From NCBI GenBank assembly GCA_964016885.1, contig OZ024745.1:89280001-89344000 (forward strand): a stretch of DNA of 64,000 nucleotides, read 5' to 3'. The position numbers and the translations under genes are program-made. The notes under the pieces are model-generated. The model was not told where the DNA came from. It was given only the letters and a program-made list of their open reading frames with translations, and made no database searches. The stretch comes from Eledone cirrhosa (lineage: Eukaryota). Shown one piece after another: positions 55,762 to 64,000 of this stretch. How positions within the stretch are numbered: the first letter of the stretch is position 1; the number at the start of each line of letters is the position of its first letter.

Positions 55762-56053
55762 ATATATATATAAACAACTATCTGGTTGTGGAACCAACCA
55801 ACCAACCAGAAATTTATAAATTTGTAAATTTATAAATATATAATAAATTAAATTGAAGTGAAAGCAACTGGTGCGTGTGTTTCTTATTGGCAACATGACC
55901 CTCCCAAAGTATAACAATATCGGTTTCAACACACGATTTCAGATAAAGAATCTTGCTAAACAAATTCAGAAACGAAATATATATATATATATATATACAC
56001 ATAAATATATATATAATACATATATATATAATTATATCAACTAGAACTAGATT

Positions 56054-56056
<3 letters not shown>

Positions 56057-56098
<42 letters not shown>
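56057..56098. repeat. (TA)n microsatellite
   Basis: Pure TA run abutting the direct-repeat element. Confidence 0.97.
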
Positions 56099-56100
<2 letters not shown>

Positions 56101-56913
56101 TAAAACGTGTCTATAGAATCAATCAGATATTAAAATATATACTATTTCTTCCTCTAATCAGCATAATTAACCATATACATAATCAAATCCAGCAAGCTTT
56201 AAGAGTAAATTTTCTAACGGGGAAATCTCCGACAAATAATTGATCGCAGCCAGTTCGCGTTAACTCCGTTCCATTATTTATCAAACACTTCGGCAGCATG
56301 CAGAATCCGATCAAACATATCGTCAACCGCACGTAATTAGTAGTAAAATTAAACTTAGAAGAAATGCGCACATACCGTAATTATATCTCGACCATGGTTT
56401 CTTCCTTGTTTAGGACATCCAAATAATATGGACTGTCCCGAGTCAGGTTATCATCAGGAGACAAACTCAGAAATAGACATTTAATTTCTCGGACAGACCC
56501 CGCAAATTTAGATTCAAAAATGGCTAAGATCGCTATGTAGCTGTGTACCAGCCAGAGAGAAAGCGTGTGATTGGTCGCTTACGGCGGGTAGGCATGCTGC
56601 TAGAAAGCGCAGCCATATATCGCCAAATTTAATCTCAACCGATAGGGAGATTATTAAATATAGAGGTTATCACATACATAAAATTAAATTAAATTAAATC
56701 AATGATACATATATGTGTTGCAACTGTTCACTTTTAAGCTCAATGAAGAATTAATAAGTTAAAATCAAAAAATCAGAGCATTATATCATAAAACGTGTCT
56801 ATAGAATCAATCAGATATTAAAATATATACTATTTCTTCCTCTAATCAGCATAATTAACCATATACATAATCAAATCCAGCAAGCTTTAAGAGTAAATTT
56901 TCTAACGGGGAAA
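56094..56913 (-). mobile_element. Non-coding retrozyme-like / non-autonomous PLE-derived element: 688-bp unit plus 132-bp terminal direct repeat
   Basis: 56094-56225 is identical to 56782-56913. An internal canonical HHR lies on the minus strand, with no RT-like ORF. Confidence 0.72.
56385..56462 (-). ncRNA. Type I hammerhead ribozyme with extended stem II and palindromic stem III
   Basis: Minus strand: gtctc-CTGATGA-[taacctgactcgggacagtccatattatttggatgtcctaaacaaggaa]-GAAA-ccatgGTC^gagat. Stem I tctc/gaga, palindrome ACCATGGT, GUC cleavage triplet (cut between 56390 and 56389). Confidence 0.88.
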
Positions 56914-58011
56914 GCTCAAAATAATTTATTTTATACAAGATATATTTTATTTTACCAATTGGGGCATTTATAATAGGAAAATACACAGAGACCGTTAGTA
57001 TTGTGACCTTGCTTTTTATGGCACACTCTAATATATATATATATATAACAGTTTAGGAAAACCAAATTGTGCTTAGAAATACATTGTTTTATTTGCTAAC
57101 AGTTTTTCATCCATACCCTAGGGCAGGAATCATCTGAGCCTATAAACAAAAATTATATCAAAAATTATATTCTGCAGTACTTGCACACACCAACAATTTA
57201 CAGTTTTTCCAATAAGCTCGCCTATTAACCTAACCATAACAGCTTTTCCTTCACTCTACCCTAGGTAATTCCATAGGCGGAGTTTTCTATATAGGCTTTC
57301 TGTCTACGAGACTAACTAGCCATTACGAATAGCATTTACTGTAGTATATTTACATATGGTATGGCACTTTAGCCCGATGCAGACTAGGCCATATTGTGTA
57401 TTTCACGTGGGACGTTGGGTTGCGTAACCAAACTTGAAGACTGTGAGATATAGCAGATATTGCGGACCCGTTTTATTTCCAGTTCCTTCATTGGAGTGCC
57501 AGCAGTGCATGTACTCCGCTTTATCTCACTTCATTGTATTGGGTTTTGGATTTAGGGTGTTTGTTGCAGACTGCCTCTGTGGAAAAATCCTCTATGCGTG
57601 TATTTGGAAACCTAGTATTATGTCGCCTAATACTTGAAACTGGAACCAATGGATAGAGGGTGGTGGCCGGATATGGAGAAATCAACATGTTACAAGGCGA
57701 TACTACTGGAGTGCACCATTTTTCCTATAAACAATCCTGCCTGTAAAGCTGCATCACAGCTAACCAACTTTTCTGTTTACTGACTCCTGCTTACAAGCTC
57801 TCATACTCTGCCTGTAAATCATGTACTTGCATTGATTGTGAATTGATGTATCTATGCCTGGTTTGTTTTTTTATCATGCTGAGTAACACCCTCATTCATT
57901 TCTTTCTCTCCTCCAACAACCTCCTTCATTATGTCATAAACGGTTGATGTAATTTTTTATGATGTCATTTTTGATAATGTAATTTCTTGTGACATTATAT
58001 GTATCATGTAT

Positions 58012-58198
58012 AAGGGCGGTGGATTGGCAGTATCGGTAGAGGGTCGGACGCCATGCTTTCCAGCATAGTTACGTCCCTTTATGATCTGAATTCAAATCCC
58101 GCCGAGGTTCACTTTACCTTTCATCCTTACGGGGTCGATAAAATAATGTACCAGTAATGCACTGGATAATTGCTGGCCTTGTGCCTAAAGTAGAAACA
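58012..58198 (+). mobile_element. tRNA-derived SINE, family 2 (second copy) with 18-bp TSD
   Basis: Near-identical to 52966-53150. TSD attatatgtatcatgtat at 57994-58011 and 58199-58216. Confidence 0.93.
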
Positions 58199-58300
58199 AT
58201 TATATGTATCATGTATTGTGTGCCCCCTACTTGTCTTTCTTCCTTGTTCTGGTAACTAGGATCGATGCAGCCTGCAACCTTTGTTATACTTTTGTTTATA

Positions 58301-58346
58301 GGCTCTGATGATTCCTGCCCTAGGGTATGGATGAAACACTGTTAGC
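58301..58346 (+). ncRNA. Hammerhead ribozyme-like motif (minimal type I, probably decayed)
   Basis: gct-CTGATGA-ttcctgccctagggtatggat-GAAAC-act-GTT-agc. The inverted copy at ~57095-57140 has the core mutated to CAGATGA. Confidence 0.6.
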
Positions 58347-58899
58347 AAATAAAACAATGTATTTCTAATCACTCTTTCGTTTTACGAAACTTATAACGGC
58401 TCTGTAGTATACTATTTATCCTACTTTGAGCTAAAACTACACTGTCATACCAAGGACAATATATCTGTGTATATATTGTATATCTTAGTATAATTGTCAA
58501 CCAAACTATATATATATATATAAATAACAGATTAAAGTTTAACCAAAGAATCCCTGCTTTCACCCTTAACGGGATCTCCTGAAACTAAAAAATCTATCTG
58601 TGAACGCAGAAGTAAATATTTCGAAAAACGTTGCAACCGAAGGAAAACAGGAAGACGATACTTTGGATCGTGAAGATGTTCCCAGGTAATGAACGAAAAA
58701 AAGCGAATATAATCAGTGATTATGTGGAACGATGAGAACAATTACACGCAAAGACAAAACCACGTTTATGGTATAAATGAAGTCGTAGACTAATATTCTA
58801 TTTAGGAAACCGAATGATTCTCTGCTTTAAAGTTAAGAATGAAGTAAATAAATTAGTAGAACGAAAATTAAAGAGGTTATTGAAATCAACAATAAATAA

Positions 58900-59190
58900 A
58901 TATATACTTACACGCATCCATATACGTACATACACATGCATACGCGAAGACTCCCGCCATGCATGCATATACAAGCACGTACACATAAACACGCGCGCAC
59001 ATACATAAACCCGCGCGAATCATGTATCCGCACACATACAAACGTATACACCAAATATACATAAACAAATATATGTGTGTGTGTGTATACATATAATTAT
59101 ATAAACGTATATAAATATACACACATAAATACGTATATAACGCACGCATACACATACCTACAGGTAAATACACATATGTTCACTAAACGT
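58900..59190. repeat. Degenerate (CA/TA/CG)n low-complexity tract
   Basis: Alternating purine-pyrimidine sequence; its ORFs are low-complexity. Confidence 0.8.
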
Positions 59191-59239
59191 ACGTCAACCA
59201 AAACACAAAGTCATCATATCATCATCACAATCTTTCTCC

Positions 59240-60275
59240 AAGCTTCGGGCTTACATCAAGAGCATCCCGGTGGGGTGTTGCTTTTAGGGTTGTTGGTGAT
59301 GTGGTCCTTCATGTTCTTAGCGCAAGAGTATCCTAGTTTTACTTTGTGTCGGTTAAAGATGGAGTGGTATTTATGACCTATGGGAAAGTGTCTATCTAAG
59401 AGGGCTAGAAATTGTTTGCCTACATTGGTTTTAACTTTGAGTTTGAAGGAAGGAGAGAACCAGATAGTTTGTCTATTGTTACGCTTTCTTTTCTTATTGC
59501 TTTTGTTAATAGTGGGAGAGTAAGTAATAGGTTGCGAGAAGCCGCTGTTAGCTAAACCCGTGTTATAGTAGGGTGCCGCCCTGTCAAAGATAGCCTTATT
59601 AGAGGAGAGATTTGAGAGTCTAGTACTGATATTATTTACGAAGTTTCTAAAAACTGGGATGGTGGCATAAGTCCTTGTCAATGTAATTGACTTTTTTATT
59701 TAGCTTATGGAAGGGTCTGTTAGTGTGTGTGCGAAGGTCTAAATCAATGCCTAAGAAATCTACGCTAGAGAGGTTGGTAGCTACTGTTATCCTAAGTCCT
59801 AACTCATTGAAGTTAGAAGCTAAGTCACTTTTAAACCGGTCGAGGTAGTGACCACTTTTATGGCTCGATAAGATCAGTCCATCGTCGCGGTATATTCCCG
59901 TGTGGGGGGCCGGGAATCTACAACACATGTTTAAAATAAATAGGCCAACCAAGTTGCATACATCAGCACTGTCAAACGATCCCATGGAGACGTCGAATAG
60001 GTCTGAAGTTGTTGACTTCTTTGCCCAGACTACTCCGTCGTTTTCCGGCAGTGAGCGATGACTTCTCTGTTTAAACCATCGACGGTAGTGTAAGTGGTAG
60101 CAAAGTCCAACGCTTTGTTTAACAGGGTCTCTGAGATCGACGGGTAAAATTCAACAATGTCAAACTGTGTGAACTTCGCTTTTTTGGATTTGAAGGAGTT
60201 AAACCACTTAATGATGGAGTCGCTGTTCTCCCACTGCGACAGGTTGGACTTGGTCCTAATGGTCTTAACTATGGT
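59240..60275 (-). pseudogene. Penelope-like RT fragment (motifs A-E plus thumb), truncated at both ends
   Basis: FTQFDIVEFYPSISETLLNKALDFA (manual translation, ~60100-60180), MGSFDSADVCNLVG, GIYRDDGL, VDFLG, FHK...YI...HHP, TIWFSPSF, HKYHSIFNRHKVKLGYSC; frameshifted. Confidence 0.92.
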
Positions 60276-60289
60276 TGTTTATATTTTTA

Positions 60290-62211
60290 CCTGACTAGCT
60301 TCATACAACTAGACATCAACAATTACTACTCCTCTATCTCGCCCAAAGTCCTAAACAAGGCACTCATATTCGCGATGAATAGGACAGACCTAACGCGCGA
60401 CGAGGTCCGAATCATACACGCCACCAGAAAGACCGTGATCCGATTCGGTGGGGGACATATGGACCCGGAGTGACTCGCCAAATAATGTTGACATTACAAT
60501 GGGCTCCAGTCAGTCCGCCCAGCTAATGGACCTGGTTGGGACATACATACTCTACGAGATCAGGAGAGGAATACCCAACCTAGGTGGCGGACTGTACCGA
60601 GACGATGCACTCTCTCTTCACCGTCGTGGACCACAGCACCACAATGGTCGAAAATATGAAGAGGAGAATTAGACACTTTTTTAACAAGGTAGGACTTAAA
60701 GTAGAGATGGAATCCAATAGAAAAGTAGTGAATTTCCTGGACACCACCCTCAACGTCAACACCAACCTACATCACCCATATCATAAACCCAATGAGAAGC
60801 TAGTGTATATCAACGCCGGGTCCAATCACCCTCGATCTATAGTTAATGCCGTAGTTAAGAGGGTCTGTGACAGGATCTCTAACTTGTCTGCCAATAAAGA
60901 TATCTTCAATAGTAATGCTGATTATTCTAACTCAGCGCTAGCTAAGGCGTCCCACTTCCATAGGATCAGCTATAACCCTAGGGGGCATGATCGAGATGAC
61001 CCAAGGGTGCCACGGGCCAATACCCTCAGGGGCATGAGTCGCCCACCTAATACCTCGGTGACCAGTAGTAACATTCCCAGACCCCTATCCGTCACCACTC
61101 CCGGTAGAAGGTCCCGCATACCCCACCAGTCTAATACCTACAACGCAGAAGACCACTGTAGTGCGGAGCATAGGCACCCCTGCACCGGCCACACCACCGC
61201 CGAACCTTCATTGAGCAGGGAGGCCGCACCGCGCAGGTTTATAGCCCCACGGTGGGCCCATATAACCCTTATGATAGTGACCGCTCTGGACACCTGAGTG
61301 ACACCAACCGAGCTCGACATGAGTTGTGCCCAACCCCGCGATGGACTACGGCGGACACCCAACAACCCCGCAAGTATAGGACCAGGAAGGTCAGATGGTA
61401 TAACCCCCCCCCCCCCCCCCCCCCCCCCGTACCCGGTGGGTCTACGTACCAGCCTGGCTAGAACATTCTTTAGAGTACTTGATAAATGTTTCCCTAAGGC
61501 CCACAGGTACAATAACATATTCAACAGGCACACGGTGAAACTTTCCTACTCAACCACACGCTCCGAATCCCAGCACATAGCCGGCATAAATAGGAATAGG
61601 CTCACTGCTTCTAATACCACCGTAAAGACCGGAGCCACCCAATGGAACCAGCACGCGGGGCGCACCAGACACCGGACAGGCCCAACTAGCACAGCGGAAC
61701 CCAAAACCCCGTGCTAATTGCGGCGGCTACCCACCCAACCCCGCATGATGGTAACCACACGGTACATGTGCAGGGGCTTAACAAGTCATGCAATTGCAGA
61801 GACCGATCGCTATGCCCCCTTAGTAATGAATGCATGACGAAAAACGTAGTCTACAGGTGCAAGGTCACAACCCCTAACTCGGAACACCACTACATAGGAT
61901 CCAGGGCGACGAGCTTCAAAGATAGGTGGTATAACCATCGCCATTCCTTTAACAGAATAGAAAAGAGGAAACGTACGGCCCTTTCTGAATTGATCTGGAA
62001 GCTCAAACTTGAAAAGACCTCGCACTCTTTGGTCTGGTCTGTGGTTAGAAAGGTTCCCCCAGATAGAGGTGGGTCTGGTATTTGCAAACCTCTATCTTAG
62101 TGAGACACTCGAGATACTTCATGGCGGAACCAAGCTATTAAACAGAACGGCCGACTTATTCGGCGCCTGCAGACACCTAAGGACGGGAACTTTCCTCAAG
62201 CTATATGGATA
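60290..62211 (+). pseudogene. Penelope-like RT plus GIY-YIG endonuclease, 5'-truncated and frameshifted (Hydra-clade-like motif set)
   Basis: FIQLDINNYYSSI, MGSSQSAQLMDLVG, GLYRDDAL, VNFLD, YHKPNEKLVYI...SNHP, RWYNPP, IFNRHTVKLSYS, CNC...CPL...C...NVVY...YIG...FKDRWYNH...LSELIWKLK, LLNRTADLFGACRH. Confidence 0.94.
61404..61428. repeat. Poly-C run (25 nt)
   Basis: Directly visible, within the WYNPP codons of the PLE. Confidence 0.95.
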
Positions 62212-63365
62212 AACCCCGATTATGGCCTCCCACAACGCCCCCCCTTGTAGGTCTCCTACACCCCAGTACCAATGACCAATGGGCAACAACACCCAACCAT
62301 AGTTTGTGGTCTCTACGGTGGATTGTCCACCGGATCCTCTACTAGTAAGGAGTCAGCAAAACCACGTTTATTGAACCTGAGGCCCCCCCCCCCACCGGGA
62401 GTGGCCCACACAGGAAGAACAATTATCCTAAGGTACTAACCCTATACGCATGAATGCGTGCCCGCAACCGTGCGTTGTGTGTGTATACTGGGATTACGTG
62501 AATGTACACACTTATGTGAACGCAACGAAATACTAATACCCCAGGTTGCATTTGAAAAATTTTCGAGTGTATACTTAAGAGTATATTTGTGTATGCTGTC
62601 TGGTATGAGTGCACATGTGTATATAGACATACACACGCATCCAGGGGTATACAAGTGTGGGTGGGTGCGTTTCCTTGTATATGTCTGTACTAAGGGATTC
62701 GCCTAAGCTCAAAAGCCCCTAAGCTATTGCTGTGAAGATATATATCACACTCTACTTTTGTCTAGTCAAAACAATAACTTTTCCAAACACCCACTTTACT
62801 TTTCTTTAAAAATAAGGCCCACCTCGTTTTATGTCTGCCATATACTCGGATTTGGGGGCCTCTGTTGTATATATATGTGCGTACATACATATATATACAC
62901 ATCTGTATGGATTTGTGTGTGTAGATGTGTGTGTATGTGGGGTAGGTGTGAGTGTATGTGCAAGTCAACCAACATAAGTCTTTTTATATGTAAACTTTCT
63001 AAGTATTTGACTCTACCATAATTTTCAGTAGTACCACCCCGCATAAATTCCTCAATTTAAGAATGAGCTGTAGTATCGAATTTCATACTATAAACCTCAA
63101 TTGAATATATATCTGACCAGGAATGCTTTTTGTGAAAATTAGTCATATGGAACTATTGTCATCTTGCCTGACGGTTTGAAATTTACAACACCACCTACCT
63201 CTTTGAGGTCAAATACCAACCCTACTAGCATCTACAAACTAACAAATGAGAATTAAGATTATTACTGATGACAACATTAAATTATCCCCAACAAGCTCAT
63301 ATATCCCAAGGCTCTGAAACCATCAACACAAAAAACACAGAACTGGCATATCTAAGAACTGACTA

Positions 63366-63421
63366 ACTGCCTGATGAGTTCATAGCCATTCAATGGCTAT
63401 CATAGAAATATATATAGCAGT
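63366..63421 (+). ncRNA. Type I hammerhead ribozyme, probably in a decayed PLE pseudo-LTR
   Basis: actgc-CTGATGA-gttc-atagccat(tca)atggctat-cata-GAAA-tatatATA^gcagt. Perfect 5-bp stem I, 8-bp hairpin in stem II and palindromic AT stem III. The base of stem II is mismatched. Confidence 0.78.
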
Positions 63422-63466
63422 AAATAAAGGATTATGAGTTCATGCAATTGACTTATGTTTCGTCAC

Positions 63467-63479
63467 TATATATATATCC

Positions 63480-63513
<34 letters not shown>

Positions 63514-63514
63514 G
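63467..63514. repeat. (TA)n microsatellite punctuated twice by ccgg
   Basis: tatatatatatccggtata...tatccgg. Confidence 0.93.
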
Positions 63515-64000
63515 TTTGTATTTATTTTCTTGATTTATTCTTAAATTGAGTCAGGCAAACCCTATTGTATATAGTTAGTATTCTTTTCACCTTAGCGAAT
63601 CTGGTCTCTTACGATTTGAACTCATATAAGTATATATCTGTGTTCGTCTTTCTTTTATATTCAATTATAATATACGGCTCGGAAAAAAATCTTTCCTAGA
63701 GTTACTTTATTGTAAGAGACTATTTTGAGTTTCTAACTCAATATACACCTTTGATATATTCGGCTCCGTTAATTTGTTGAGCTAATTCAAATGTCGAATA
63801 AACCTGGCTGCTATTTTTAGTGGTGTAAGTTTGTGAGACGCGCTAACTTCAGATACCATGTGCGTTGTTATATATACGCATACTATTCAGTTACTTAATA
63901 TACTTAGAAGTGTCTAGGATACTGATCCTTCAACCACTTATGAGAAAGAATTGACATTCGCAATTAATTTTGCGAAACATCAGTACCAAAAGCTGTCTGG

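Larger units (their letters stand above)
55408..55920. repeat. Near-perfect palindrome of PLE pseudo-LTR (arms 55408-55658 and 55666-55920; loop gaaaaaa)
   Basis: The arms are reverse complements except for one substitution (caccatttgc vs caccagttgc) and a 4-nt TA length difference. Confidence 0.97.
57069..58372. mobile_element. Element bounded by ~83-bp inverted repeats that contain HHR-like motifs (PLE-derived inverted pLTR structure)
   Basis: 57069-57151 is the reverse complement of 58290-58372 with about 3 mismatches. The interior has no recognisable ORF and carries a nested SINE. Confidence 0.7.

Noticed and set aside
56533-56541. ctatgtagc matching the satellite, suggesting the satellite derives from the retrozyme-like element
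   Set aside because: Only a 9-bp match, expected by chance.
51802-59376. Short ORFs such as 52128-52337, 53325-53817, 55814-56243 and 58798-59376
   Set aside because: These are translations of microsatellites, SINEs, pLTRs or antisense PLE sequence.
58755-62371. 15-bp direct repeat caaaaccacgtttat (58755-58769 and 62357-62371) as a TSD around the double PLE
   Set aside because: It does not coincide with clear element ends and encloses unrelated low-complexity DNA. One such match is plausible by chance in AT-rich sequence.
62316-62415. Hairpin cggtgga-ttg-tccaccg and ctgaggcc...ggcc as a terminator or intact HHR after the PLE ORF
   Set aside because: The context is eukaryotic with no U-tract, and the HHR core is incomplete (no CUGANGA or GAAA); at most a decayed pLTR.

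Overview
AT-rich eukaryotic genomic DNA. The SINE families and (TA)n content suggest a mollusc, probably a cephalopod (inference). Bases 1 to ~51776 are one uninterrupted tandem array of a 27-bp unit, ATAGATGTAGTTGCTACATAGATTG(TT/CT/CC), about 1,900 units. It has an internal hairpin, kb-scale higher-order repeats and three variant domains. The many MAIYVATTS and CSCYIDCHR ORFs are readings of this repeat, and I do not call them genes. The last ~12 kb is a retroelement graveyard. It holds tRNA-derived SINEs (two with perfect 17-18 bp TSDs), three decayed Penelope-like (PLE) RT/GIY-YIG fragments, microsatellites and a dense cluster of type I hammerhead ribozyme (HHR) motifs from at least four sequence families. 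The HHR cluster includes a non-coding 688-bp terminally redundant retrozyme-like element and a near-perfect ~510-bp palindrome with an HHR on each strand. No intact host gene is supported.
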